DNA of 64,000 bases from an uncultured Dehalococcoidales bacterium (GTDB lineage Bacteria > Chloroflexota > Dehalococcoidia > Dehalococcoidales > UBA2162), in assembly GCA_964463875.1 (NCBI GenBank), contig CAYXEG010000001.1, positions 13,714 through 77,713 of the forward strand, read 5' to 3'. Below the pieces are notes generated by a model. The model did not search any database. It saw only the letters and a program-made list of their open reading frames with translations, and had not been told where the DNA came from. Made by a program: the position numbers and the translations under genes. Below, piece by piece: positions 8,424 to 17,886 of the stretch; position 1 is the stretch's first letter, and each line of letters begins with the position of its first letter.

Positions 8424-9188
8424 ATGTTGAGCTTATTTGATTTGCGTGGTAAAACCGCTGTTGTCACCGGAGGAGCGGGAGGAATCGGCAAGGCGCTGGC
8501 TCTCGGCCTGGCGGAGGCCGGTGCTGATGTTGTCATTACCAGCCGGGGCATCGGTAAACTCAAGGAAGTAGAAGCGGAAATAAAAGCCACTGGAAGGAAA
8601 GCCCTGGCGATTTCCACGGACGTGACCGACGAAAAATCGGTTGCGGAGATGGTGGATACGGTGAAGAAAGCGTTTCCCCGCATCGATATCCTGGTGAACG
8701 GAGCGGGCGTGGCGATACGAAAACCGGCAGATACGTTTCCTATCGATGAATGGCAGCAGGTAATGGACGTCAATGTCCGGGGAACATTCCTGTGCTGCCA
8801 GGCAATCGGCAGATTGATGATTCAGCAGAAAGAGGGCAAAATCATCAATATTTCTTCGGTGAGAGGCCGCTACGGCCTGCCGGTAGGGTATGCGGCATAC
8901 TGTCCCAGCAAGGGGGCGGTTGATACGCTGACGCGCACCCTGGCGTGCGAATGGGCGAAACACAATGTACTGGTTAACGCCATAGCGCCGACGGTTGTTG
9001 AGACGGAACTGACGAAGGAACTGCTGGCCGACGTCGAATACGCAAAAACCATGAAAGCCCGTATCCCGATGGGGCGATGGGCTGTCACCGACGACCTGGT
9101 GGGGCCGTGCGTATTCTTCGCCTCGGGCGCCTCGAACTTTATCACCGGACAGGTTCTCTATATCGATGGCGGGGTCACCACCTGGTAG
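8424..9188 (+). CDS. Short-chain dehydrogenase/reductase (classical SDR)
   Basis: TGGAGGIGKA (TGxxxGxG), NISS, and Y-CPS-K (YxxxK). 254 aa. Confidence 0.9.
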   Translation: MLSLFDLRGKTAVVTGGAGGIGKALALGLAEAGADVVITSRGIGKLKEVEAEIKATGRKALAISTDVTDEKSVAEMVDTVKKAFPRIDILVNGAGVAIRKPADTFPIDEWQQVMDVNVRGTFLCCQAIGRLMIQQKEGKIINISSVRGRYGLPVGYAAYCPSKGAVDTLTRTLACEWAKHNVLVNAIAPTVVETELTKELLADVEYAKTMKARIPMGRWAVTDDLVGPCVFFASGASNFITGQVLYIDGGVTTW

Positions 9189-9243
9189 AAGCAGAATCGT
9201 CGAAACTTGAACAACAAATAGTGGAGAAGTAAAGGAGTTATCG

Positions 9244-9582
9244 ATGAAGAAAGTGAAGCTCTCGGATGTCAAGCCGTACGCGGCTGCCGGACATTTTAAC
9301 ATGACCGCAATGCGGCTTCAGGGAAAAGAGGAGACCGGGATTCAGAAATTCTGGATGGGATTATCGTATTTTCTTCCCGGTGGAGGGGCCGGTTGGGCGT
9401 ATGAGGATTCACCCACGGAGAAAGTGTACCTTGTCCTCGAAGGCGAACTGACGGTCAAAAGTAAAACCGAAGAAGTGACGCTGGGCCCGATGGACTCGCT
9501 GTATCTTGCCCCGAATGAGGGAAGAGAAATTATCAACAAGACCAACAAGCCGGTGACCATGGTCGTCGTCGTCACCAGTTAG
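9244..9582 (+). CDS. Cupin-fold protein
   Basis: 112 aa with AAAGGAG SD. PGGGAGWAYEDSPTEKVYLVLEGEL...LYLAPNEGREIIN follows the cupin two-motif layout. The usual His ligands of motif 1 are not evident. Confidence 0.65.
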   Translation: MKKVKLSDVKPYAAAGHFNMTAMRLQGKEETGIQKFWMGLSYFLPGGGAGWAYEDSPTEKVYLVLEGELTVKSKTEEVTLGPMDSLYLAPNEGREIINKTNKPVTMVVVVTS

Positions 9583-9656
9583 GAAATAATTACCCGCAGG
9601 CAAACAAGCGGACTTTTCATTAAAAACATAGTAATAGAAACAGGAGGAAATCAGTA

Positions 9657-10595
9657 ATGGGGAAAAAAGTATTTGTTGACCTTACGCATCCTTTCGGAGC
9701 AGAAATTCCACGCTGGCCGTATTTCGACAAGCCGATAATCGATAATGCGCATACGATGGCCAAAGGCGGTGTTCTGACGCAGAAGATTACCTGCACCATG
9801 CATACCGGGACTCACTGCGACGCTCCCCGGCATGTTATGGAAATCGAATTCGACGGCAAGAGAGCGCGGTATACCCACGAAATGCCGGTCGACGCCTATA
9901 CCGGCGAAGCAGTCTGCCTGCCAATCGAGATTGAACGCTGGGGGCTTATCATGCCGAAACACCTCGAAGCCGCCTGTGAAAAAGTCGGTATCAAGCCGAG
10001 CGAACTGGAAGGCATGGTCCTCTGCCTCAATACCGGCATGCACCGGAAATTCGACGATTCGAAAGAGTACTATCACTATTCCTGCGGTACCGGTATCGAC
10101 GCCGGCAGATGGTTTGTCGAGAAAAAGGTAAAATGCGTGGCGATGGATATGCAGGCGCTGGACCACCCGCTCCATACTGCCATGGGTAATAACGGCATGA
10201 CCCGCATGAACCTGATTGGCGCTTCCGGCTATCCTATCACCGAAGAATACACGCAGCAGTTCGGCGAAGAGGCTTATGCCGAGTTTGATAAGTTTACCTA
10301 TATCAAGGTACATGGTAAAGAAGCCTATGACAAGAAATTCGGCGATTTGGAAGCAATCGGCTGCTGGGGCACCTGGGAGCCCTGCCACAAGATGATGCTT
10401 GGGCATGGTATTGTCGGTGTTGAAAACCTCGGCGGCAACCTTGACAAGGTTACCGGCAAACGGTTCAGGTTTTACTGCTTCCCGCTCCGCTGGTACCTGG
10501 GCGATGGCTCGATGGCCCGGTGCGTCGCGGAAATCGACGAAGACAACTTGAATAACGTTCCTGACAGAACCTATACTTATGGCGGTGTTATCTAA
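9657..10595 (+). CDS. Cyclase-family (kynurenine-formamidase-like, PF04199-type) metal hydrolase
   Basis: MHTGTHCDAPRH matches the HxGTHxDxPxH family signature. AGGAGG SD. Confidence 0.8.
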   Translation: MGKKVFVDLTHPFGAEIPRWPYFDKPIIDNAHTMAKGGVLTQKITCTMHTGTHCDAPRHVMEIEFDGKRARYTHEMPVDAYTGEAVCLPIEIERWGLIMPKHLEAACEKVGIKPSELEGMVLCLNTGMHRKFDDSKEYYHYSCGTGIDAGRWFVEKKVKCVAMDMQALDHPLHTAMGNNGMTRMNLIGASGYPITEEYTQQFGEEAYAEFDKFTYIKVHGKEAYDKKFGDLEAIGCWGTWEPCHKMMLGHGIVGVENLGGNLDKVTGKRFRFYCFPLRWYLGDGSMARCVAEIDEDNLNNVPDRTYTYGGVI

Positions 10596-10681
10596 TATAC
10601 ATGTGCAGTAAATACGGTACTGCATTTCATACCCGGCAGGGTCAGGTAAAAAACGGGTAAATATGGTTGGCAGGTGAGAGA

Positions 10682-12052
10682 ATGAAAGACGGATATGTCA
10701 CCGAACAGGCTCAGGATGTAAAGATACTCACGGAAGCTGAGGTGGTGGTGGTAGGCGGGGGGCCGGGAGGCCATTCGGCGGCCATCGCTGCCGCGAGGAA
10801 CGGCGTAAAGACAGTTCTGGTCGAGAGGTACGGCCATCTCGGCGGAATGGCAACCGGCGGCATCGTTATCCAGATACCTCACATGAGCGACGGCGGCAGC
10901 GAACAGCAGATTGCCGGCTTGACACAGGAATGGATTGACCGGCTCGACTCCATCGGAGGGGTCCTTGTCCCGCGGCGCAGCCAGATAGGCTCAGCCGATG
11001 AAAAGCTGATTTCCTACTGGCGGCGATTCATGGGAAACGTCAACCGGGGAAGGATTGAATATACTGCCTGGGTCGACCCGGAACTCCTGAAATGCGTCCT
11101 GAACGATATGGTCGAGGAAGCCGGTGTCAAACTGCTTCTTCATTCCTGGGGTGTCAGGTCGATAGTCGAAGGCAACACGGTCAAAGGAGTGGTTTTCGAA
11201 AGCAAGTCCGGCCGGCAGGCCGTGACGGGCAAAGTAATTATCGACGGCACGGGGGACGGTGACCTGCTGCCCTCGGCCGGGGCGGCCTGGGAAGGCGGTT
11301 TCGACCCGACATCGAGAAGCTCGATGCTGGCGCTCGTATTCAGAATCGGGAACTGCGACTACCAGAAGTATTGTGATTTCCGGGAAACAAACCCCGAGAA
11401 ATCCCAGGAACTTTCGAAGGCGATGACTGATTTGGTCGGGACGAGGCTTGTCCCGCTTCCTTCACCCCGCAACGATGTGATGTGGGTTAATAACTGGATT
11501 CCGAATCTCGATAACCTGAACGTCGAGCACCTGACCGAGCTGGAAGTGAGCATGCGGAGGATGATGCGAAAGGGACATGACTTCCTGAAGAAGAACATCC
11601 CGGGCTTCGAAAACAGCTTTATCCTCGATACTGCCTCGCAGACCGGCACGCGCGGGGGAAGGCGCGTTATGGGAGAGGTCAGAATCACTCACGACGATTT
11701 GAGAAACGCCACGAAGTACGAAGATACTATCGCTGTATTCCCGAAAATGGGTCCGCCGAACGAGGAAACCGGCGGTAAATATACTTTTATACCCTACCGG
11801 TGCGTAGTGCCGGAAAAGACGGAGGGGCTGCTTGTTGCCGGGCGGAGTTTCTCGTCCGACGGGGCGGCTAACAACATGGCAAACCTGATTCCCCACTGCA
11901 TCGCAATAGGTCAGGCGGCCGGTACCGCCGCAGCGCTCTCGGTAAAGGAAGGAATACAACCCAGGAAGGTGGATTACCGTACCTTGCAGAAGGCACTGCT
12001 GAAGCAGAATGTACCGCTTCCGGGCGTGGATTTAGCTGAAGCCAGGGTGTAA
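10682..12052 (+). CDS. FAD-dependent oxidoreductase (PF12831-like); paralogue of 17887..19155
   Basis: VVVVGGGPGGHSAAIAAARNG...ERYGHLGGMATGG dinucleotide fold. C-terminal GRSFSSDGAANNMANLIPHCIAIGQAAG. The ATG at 10682 follows GGTGAGAG; the track start at 10667 is TTG. Confidence 0.8.
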   Translation: MKDGYVTEQAQDVKILTEAEVVVVGGGPGGHSAAIAAARNGVKTVLVERYGHLGGMATGGIVIQIPHMSDGGSEQQIAGLTQEWIDRLDSIGGVLVPRRSQIGSADEKLISYWRRFMGNVNRGRIEYTAWVDPELLKCVLNDMVEEAGVKLLLHSWGVRSIVEGNTVKGVVFESKSGRQAVTGKVIIDGTGDGDLLPSAGAAWEGGFDPTSRSSMLALVFRIGNCDYQKYCDFRETNPEKSQELSKAMTDLVGTRLVPLPSPRNDVMWVNNWIPNLDNLNVEHLTELEVSMRRMMRKGHDFLKKNIPGFENSFILDTASQTGTRGGRRVMGEVRITHDDLRNATKYEDTIAVFPKMGPPNEETGGKYTFIPYRCVVPEKTEGLLVAGRSFSSDGAANNMANLIPHCIAIGQAAGTAAALSVKEGIQPRKVDYRTLQKALLKQNVPLPGVDLAEARV

Positions 12053-12397
12053 TTGCCTCTCTAACCGGCGGAGGTATTCTCCGGAGAAGGCGCCCGGGCG
12101 TATCAGCGGTAATTGAATAACAAGGACTCCTTGAGGATTTTTGTGAAATTAACACAGGAATGCCTCAGGGAGTTTTTTGTTTTTTATCTGGACAAAGAAG
12201 ACTTGAAAATATTATACTGACCCTGCCACCAGCCCGATTACCCCCAGGGCTCCGGACACGGGAGGGGTTGACTGGACATTTAAGCTGATATGGATGGGAT
12301 CATTCAGCACCCTGGTTTCCCCTGGCAGGGCCAGTATATCAGAAATTCGGTTTGTAAAGAGCAGGAAAAAATCTGTATGAAAACGAGGGATGTTTTT

Positions 12398-13609
12398 TTA
12401 CAGAATGACTCCTTCTTCTTTCAATTTGGCAATATCTTCCCAGCTGTACCCCAGTTCCAGCAGAATTTCTTCGTTATGCTGGCCCAGTTCAGGGCAGGTG
12501 GTTCGCAATGTCGCAGGGGTATCGCTAAACTCTACCGGGGTTGTGATTAACCTGATTTTTCCGGCGCTCGGGTGTTCAACCTCGACAAAGAAATCATTGG
12601 CCAGGGCTTGCGGGTCGTTGATAACCTCCATCGGAGTTTGAACTTTTCCATAGATGCAGTTATTTTCTTTGAACCGTTTTTCCCATTCGGCCATCGTTCT
12701 TTCCGACAGGCATTTTTCAATGATTGCTATCAACTCTTCGCAATGTTCTTTACGGGCATCAAGGTCGCAGAATCTCGAATCACGCGCCAGTTCCGGCCTG
12801 TCTATAGCCCGGCAGAAACCCGGCCAGGCGCCTTCCGATTGAAGCATGGCCAGCCAGAACCACCGGCCGTCAGCGGTCTGGTAGCTGTTCCACACCGGGT
12901 TCTGGGCTTTTTTACGGTCATGTTTGACCGGTACAGTCCCGCCAAGAGCGCCTTGAATATCCACAGCCAGGCTCCAGACAGCCGTATGGTAGAGCGACAC
13001 TTCGATGTTTTGTCCCTGCCCGGTTTTTTGCCGTTGCAGCAGGGCAGCACAGACAGCGCTGACGAGGTGCGAACCCGCCATGCTGTCGATGATACCGACT
13101 CGCTGGGGAGCGGGAGGCGTGCCCGGTTCTCCGATAAGGTGCATCATCCCCGAACGTGCCCAGCCGGCGGTAAAATCGTATCCCCGCTCCTCACTGTCAG
13201 GGCCTTTAGCGCCATAGCCGCTGATGAAGGCATAGATAAGTTTCGGATTAATCCGGTGCAGGGTATCATAATCGATGTGCATCTTTTTTACCGAGCTGCG
13301 CTTGTAGTTGCACATGAACACATCCGCATTTCGAATAAGATTGTGAATAATTTCCTGCCCCGCTTCGTGGGAAAGGTCCACTGCCAGTGACCTCTTGTTC
13401 CGATTGAGGACCTGCATTACCCAGTTAATTTCACCCGTTGCAACTCCCTGGGCTCTTTTCAGCCCACGGTGCATCTCGCCGGTCAGCGGTTCGAGTTTTA
13501 TCACGTCAGCACCCCAGTCAGCCATGGTCGAACTGGCGGCGGGTATCGCGACAATCTGTCCCATCGATACTACTTTAAGACCTTCAAGGACGCCTGACAT
13601 AAATTTCAT
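12398..13609 (-). CDS. Family III CoA-transferase (CaiB/BaiF/Frc type)
   Basis: LEGLKVVSMGQIVAIPAASSTMADWGADVIKLEP plus DFFVEVEHPSAGKIRLITTPVEFS. ATGA overlap with the upstream stop. An alternative ATG at 13600 has better SD spacing. Confidence 0.85.
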   Translation of the reverse strand: MKFMSGVLEGLKVVSMGQIVAIPAASSTMADWGADVIKLEPLTGEMHRGLKRAQGVATGEINWVMQVLNRNKRSLAVDLSHEAGQEIIHNLIRNADVFMCNYKRSSVKKMHIDYDTLHRINPKLIYAFISGYGAKGPDSEERGYDFTAGWARSGMMHLIGEPGTPPAPQRVGIIDSMAGSHLVSAVCAALLQRQKTGQGQNIEVSLYHTAVWSLAVDIQGALGGTVPVKHDRKKAQNPVWNSYQTADGRWFWLAMLQSEGAWPGFCRAIDRPELARDSRFCDLDARKEHCEELIAIIEKCLSERTMAEWEKRFKENNCIYGKVQTPMEVINDPQALANDFFVEVEHPSAGKIRLITTPVEFSDTPATLRTTCPELGQHNEEILLELGYSWEDIAKLKEEGVIL

Positions 13610-14388
13610 ACTCCTTTGGCTGATTCTTCAACGGCGATGATAGCTGCGCCGAACGCATTGACAATCAGGGGCCGGGGAGGTACCAGCAAGGTCACCCCCA
13701 GACTGTCCTCCAGTTTCTTTATAAGCCCGATATTCAACGCCCCGCCACCGCTGACAGCGCACTCCTCTTCGAGGCCGATTCTCTCAACCAGAGAGGTAAT
13801 TTTATCGGCCAAAGCTTTATGGATTCCGTTCAGGATATCTTCCCTCCGAAAACCTTCAGCTACCCGTGAGACCGCTTCCGATTCACCAAAAACAGCGCAC
13901 CCGGTGGTGAAGGCGATGGGATTATCGGAATCAAGCGACATGGGACCGATATCGTCCAGCTCTATCTGGAGAACGTTGGCAACAATCTCCAGGAAGCTTC
14001 CGCTCCCGGCGGCGCACTTCTCGCTGGTGAGAAAACCGGTCACCTGGCCGGCGTCGTTTATTCTGATTACCTGGGTGTACTGTGACTGGACATCGATGAT
14101 TGTCCTCACCGAAGGAAATAAATTATGTATTCCCCTGGCACAGCAGCGAATACCGGTGATATGCCGGCTGCCCGGCTCAATATCATCGCTATGGCCGGTG
14201 GTGACCATGGTATCGATATCCTCTTCCGTCAGGTTTGTCTCTGCCAGCAGTTCTTCCTTGAGTTGCGCAGCGACTTTTCGATAGTTTATACCGGACTGAA
14301 GTATTCGATATGCCGAAACAGTCCCGTTCCGGGTGATGACACCTTTACTGGTGGATGAACCGATATCGATACCAATAATCCGGGCCAT
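13606..14388 (-). CDS. BcrAD/BadFG-type ATPase subunit (activase / BCR gamma- or alpha-like)
   Basis: MARIIGIDIGSSTSKG (ASKHA phosphate-1). EKCAAGSGSFLE and TTGCAVFGESE provide the Cys contexts for the bridging [4Fe-4S]. Confidence 0.85.
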   Translation of the reverse strand: MARIIGIDIGSSTSKGVITRNGTVSAYRILQSGINYRKVAAQLKEELLAETNLTEEDIDTMVTTGHSDDIEPGSRHITGIRCCARGIHNLFPSVRTIIDVQSQYTQVIRINDAGQVTGFLTSEKCAAGSGSFLEIVANVLQIELDDIGPMSLDSDNPIAFTTGCAVFGESEAVSRVAEGFRREDILNGIHKALADKITSLVERIGLEEECAVSGGGALNIGLIKKLEDSLGVTLLVPPRPLIVNAFGAAIIAVEESAKGV

Positions 14389-14398
14389 TTTCGCCTCT

Positions 14399-15247
14399 TC
14401 AGTTCGTGTAAAAACTGGCTTCTTCCAGCCGTCTCGGGATTTTTCGGACAGTCTTGCCCTGAGACAGTAATTTCAACGTTGCGTCTTTCGCCAGGAGGGC
14501 TGCCCCCAGGGCGCCGGTCAACAATGGCTCATCGGGCACGAAAACCCTGCATCCGAGGTTCTCTTCCAGAGCTTTGACGACCCCGATATTCTTCGCCACC
14601 CCTCCGGTAAACACCACATCAGGTTCCACGGAAAGCTTCTTCACCATTCTGGCAACACGGGCAGCAATGGCATCATGAAGCCCGGCAATGATATCTTCAA
14701 TCGGGACGCCTTTCGAGATACAGGTAATCACTTCCTGGCGGGCAAAGACCGTACAGGTATTATTGATGGGGACTTTGTTTTTCGATTTCATCGACAGAGG
14801 CCCCAAATCTTCAATTTTAATGCCAAGTGTGCCGGTGAAAACCTCCAGGAACCGGCCAGTTCCTGCGGCGCACCGGTCATTCATGGCGAAATCCAGCAGC
14901 TTTCCATCCCGGATTTTCATTCCCTTGGAATCCTGTCCACCGATATCGATAGCTAATTTAGCAGCAGGGAACTGACTCGTAATACCCCTCGTATGGCAGG
15001 TCAATTCGGTAATCTGGCGGTCGGCGAAGGGAACGTTTACCCTTCCGTAGCCGGTGGCTACCAGGCAGGTGATGTCGTCGATTGACAAGCCTGCCTGAAC
15101 CAGGGCTTTTTCCATGACCTTATTAGCCAGGCGCCGGTGCTCAGCGCCGGTGTGATGAATGACGCTGGCATGCAGCTTTTCCTGTTCATCGATAATCACG
15201 AGCTTGGTCATGGTCGAACCTGAATCTATTCCGGCGTAATAGTTAAT
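14399..15247 (-). CDS. Second, distinct BcrAD/BadFG-type ATPase subunit; probable non-canonical ATT start
   Basis: The first ATG (15211) would delete the essential GIDSGST phosphate-1 motif. That motif is encoded in-frame just upstream (NYYAGIDSGSTMTKL), after a TGA at 15265-15263. GGAG lies 8 nt before ATT 15247. Also has DRCAAGTGRFLE and NNTCTVFARQE. Confidence 0.75.
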   Translation of the reverse strand: MNYYAGIDSGSTMTKLVIIDEQEKLHASVIHHTGAEHRRLANKVMEKALVQAGLSIDDITCLVATGYGRVNVPFADRQITELTCHTRGITSQFPAAKLAIDIGGQDSKGMKIRDGKLLDFAMNDRCAAGTGRFLEVFTGTLGIKIEDLGPLSMKSKNKVPINNTCTVFARQEVITCISKGVPIEDIIAGLHDAIAARVARMVKKLSVEPDVVFTGGVAKNIGVVKALEENLGCRVFVPDEPLLTGALGAALLAKDATLKLLSQGKTVRKIPRRLEEASFYTN

Positions 15248-15286
15248 AGCCGCAACTCCTTTTCAGCCGAATGAACGAGACCCTGC

Positions 15287-16459
15287 CTAACCGATGATTT
15301 CGGTGAATGCCTGAACCCTTGTCATCAGCGGGCCGAGGGCGGATTTACTGTAATCGTGCTCGATGTAGATGGCCGGTAACTCTATGTACTCGAGGTAATC
15401 CTTTATCTGAGGAATCTCATACCCGTGGCTGTCGCAGTACCGTAAAGCGTGGAGAATAACTCCGTTCACATTCCAGTCTTCAGCGAAGTTTTTCAGATAA
15501 CCGAACCTGTTTTCAATATCAGCCTGGTAGTTTCCCGCCGAGCTTCCGGCGACTGAATCACGAAACGTCCGGGGACATTTGAGGTCTTCGAGGTAGTGGT
15601 ACGCCAGGCCGTCGAGCGGGTCATCCGTAACCGGGACATCGTCGAAGAACGCCCGGCTTCCGACGCACGTATCGTCCATGACTACGTGCGCGTCGAGGCT
15701 TTCAATCATTTCGATAAACGCCGTATTGTCCAGGACGGGGCCCCAGACAAGCAGCCGGGCCGATTTTTCCGGTATCCGGTTCTCGCGTTCCTGGATTTCG
15801 GCGATGATATCCCTTAACAGTAAGTTTCCTTCCTCGACCGGGAGGCTCATCAGGGCTATCATCACCTGAAGGATTTCCGTTCCTGATACGAGAGGCGGGT
15901 CCGGTTTTCTCAGGGCGTATAACTCACGGACCAGTCGCCGCTGCTCATTATGTTTCAGGACGGCTTCTTTCAAACTGTCCCGGGACATGTTCCTTCCGGT
16001 GAAGGACTCGAGCGATTTTTGAAATCCCTCTAGCAGTTCTTTCAGCCGTTCCCGTGAATTTTCCCGGTTGGTATGAGGGACATCGAGGAAATGGGAATAG
16101 GGAGTTTTAACAGCAACATCCCAGACGTGAGCTATCCTGGCGCCGACATCGCAGATATGGGCCATGACGACGCCGTCAAGAAAATCGTATCTGCCTTTGA
16201 TTCCCAGGTCGAGAATGCTGCGAAGGAAAGGGCAGACAATCGTTGGCATGTAATCGTCCGCGCCGGTAATCGGCTCGTCCATATCTCCGAAAATCCGGTA
16301 AGGAACCAGGTGCATCGCCGTCAGCATCTCAGTAACCGGGTAGATGCAAAGATAGCCAATCACCTGCCGGCCTTCCGCCTTCAGTTCTTTTATCCGGCGA
16401 GTCCGGTTGCGGTAAATATCCTGCGCTTTTTCGAGCCCTGCGACCGGTTTATTTACCAT
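15287..16459 (-). CDS. 2-hydroxyacyl-CoA dehydratase / benzoyl-CoA reductase B/C-family subunit (HgdB/BcrC/BzdN-like)
   Basis: 390 aa. VIGYLCIYPVTEMLTAMHLVPYRIFG...IVCPFLRSILD... is typical of the HGD-D family. It overlaps the upstream gene by 7 nt. Confidence 0.85.
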   Translation of the reverse strand: MVNKPVAGLEKAQDIYRNRTRRIKELKAEGRQVIGYLCIYPVTEMLTAMHLVPYRIFGDMDEPITGADDYMPTIVCPFLRSILDLGIKGRYDFLDGVVMAHICDVGARIAHVWDVAVKTPYSHFLDVPHTNRENSRERLKELLEGFQKSLESFTGRNMSRDSLKEAVLKHNEQRRLVRELYALRKPDPPLVSGTEILQVMIALMSLPVEEGNLLLRDIIAEIQERENRIPEKSARLLVWGPVLDNTAFIEMIESLDAHVVMDDTCVGSRAFFDDVPVTDDPLDGLAYHYLEDLKCPRTFRDSVAGSSAGNYQADIENRFGYLKNFAEDWNVNGVILHALRYCDSHGYEIPQIKDYLEYIELPAIYIEHDYSKSALGPLMTRVQAFTEIIG

Positions 16460-17832
16460 TCGAGCCCCTCTTTTTTCCGGACGTCTTTGTAGTAGTCCAT
16501 AATCTCCTCGAAAGCTTCGGCTTTTTTTAATCCTTCGACCGGGTCGAAGAGAGACAAATCGACGATATCCCCTTCCAGAACCAGCGACGGGACTTTATAG
16601 ACATCCATTATCTGTTTCCGGTAGAGAAAGAGAGGAGCCGAAAAGGCGCGGCAGGTCAGCATCGGGTGGAGGAAGGCTCCGTCACATTGAAATTCCCTGA
16701 CGTTTTTCGCTGCCAGCCTGTGAGAGAACCCCTGTTTTCGTATCTCCTCTTTTATCTCGGCGGCTTCCGCCGGTTCGAAATCACTGTCTATGGTTGACGC
16801 CAGGCTTCGGTGATTCGCCCTGACGTAGCGTTCCATCGGGTCGCTGATATGGCTGACGTCGATATCGACTGGTCTCATCGGGTGATAGCTGCTTTCGTGA
16901 ACGAAGTTCCAGCCTCTGTCAGCCAGCTGGTCGAAAAAACCAAGGCTGTGCCAGGGAGGTAATCCCTGGAACGTCAACCGGTATTTTTCTTCGCGGTTGA
17001 TGCCGGCTATCTTTCTGTCCACCCGGTCTTTGACTTCATCGTACATTTTCCGGTACAAAACCGTCATTTCGTTGGCATCGCCAGCCTTGTAGAGGGCGCC
17101 TGACATCGAGCTCCAGAAATCCCTTGAATTCATCGGGCAGGGCCGCTCCCGGCGGAGCTGGTTGGTATTCCACCAGACTTTATCCAGTTCCTGGGTTCCC
17201 TGAATTTCGCCAATCTTATCCCAATCCATCTTTTTCCCGCAAAAATTCTCCAGAAAGGCAGCGAACAGCTTGTATTCTTTGACAAGAAAACGAATGGTTT
17301 GTTCGTCTGCCTCTTCGTCCAGGGATTCCCGCTGACCGGCGGAAGGGGCTTCAATTATGTATACCGGAACATCGAGGTAGCGTCCGAGCGCCTGGAAGAA
17401 CTTGTACCGGGCATCGCAGACGGCTCCCGAACCGACCAGTATCGAGGGTTTTGACATTCCTCCACCGGGGGCTTCCGGGGGGATGTTGCCATGCAGGTCG
17501 GCCATTTTTGCGGCATAGCCGAGCCCGTTGCGGCAATACCCGCACATGTGACTTGGGAAACCTTCCGATTCGGCTCTCTCCAGGAACGGTTCGGCAGCTC
17601 CGGACGAGGCGCAGATTGTGCCGTAATTTTCGGGGAATATCGCATCGATATCCATCGCGGTGAGGATAGCCGTAGGGATGGACAGCATGCACCAGGCAAT
17701 CGGTCTGCCTTTATCGGTTGCTTCCCGTCCTCCTTTATACATGGAGTCGACATAGGCTCGTAATTCGTACATCGAGCTGAGCCGGTTCAACGTCCGGTCA
17801 GCCTTTGGCCCCAGGACTTTTCTTTCACTCAC
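16453..17832 (-). CDS. 2-hydroxyacyl-CoA dehydratase / benzoyl-CoA reductase family large subunit (HgdA/BcrB/BzdO-like)
   Basis: 459 aa with PIAWCMLSIPTAILTAMDIDAIFPENYGTICASSG...HMCGYCRNGLGYA. Confidence 0.85.
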   Translation of the reverse strand: MSERKVLGPKADRTLNRLSSMYELRAYVDSMYKGGREATDKGRPIAWCMLSIPTAILTAMDIDAIFPENYGTICASSGAAEPFLERAESEGFPSHMCGYCRNGLGYAAKMADLHGNIPPEAPGGGMSKPSILVGSGAVCDARYKFFQALGRYLDVPVYIIEAPSAGQRESLDEEADEQTIRFLVKEYKLFAAFLENFCGKKMDWDKIGEIQGTQELDKVWWNTNQLRRERPCPMNSRDFWSSMSGALYKAGDANEMTVLYRKMYDEVKDRVDRKIAGINREEKYRLTFQGLPPWHSLGFFDQLADRGWNFVHESSYHPMRPVDIDVSHISDPMERYVRANHRSLASTIDSDFEPAEAAEIKEEIRKQGFSHRLAAKNVREFQCDGAFLHPMLTCRAFSAPLFLYRKQIMDVYKVPSLVLEGDIVDLSLFDPVEGLKKAEAFEEIMDYYKDVRKKEGLEW

Positions 17833-17886
17833 CTTTATTGCTCTATCCTTTGTTGACAGATTTTAATGGCAATTATAGCTATCGTT

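Noticed and set aside
8433-9302. Long antisense ORFs overlapping confidently assigned genes. Examples: 8433..9302(-), 9651..10625(-), 18386..19216(+), 21380..22048(+), 28899..29990(-), 32467..33558(-), 45083..45673(-), 45871..46581(-), 51249..51791(-), 58049..58792(+), 60764..61327(+), 62126..62704(+).
   Set aside because: Their translations are Arg/Gly/Pro/Cys/Phe-rich with no recognisable motifs and no SD. Each mirrors a strongly supported gene on the other strand. These are typical shadow ORFs.
12189-12218. Promoter-like TGGACA-18-TATACT on the plus strand in the 345-nt gap after 10682..12052.
   Set aside because: It points into the 3' end of the convergent CoA-transferase gene. Only an implausible 86-aa antisense ORF lies downstream. 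It could be an antisense promoter, but there is no support.
17851-17877. TTGACA-15-TATAGC on the plus strand between two minus-strand genes of the BCR/HAD-like operon.
   Set aside because: Wrong strand for the flanking genes, a short spacer and a weak -10. Probably fortuitous.
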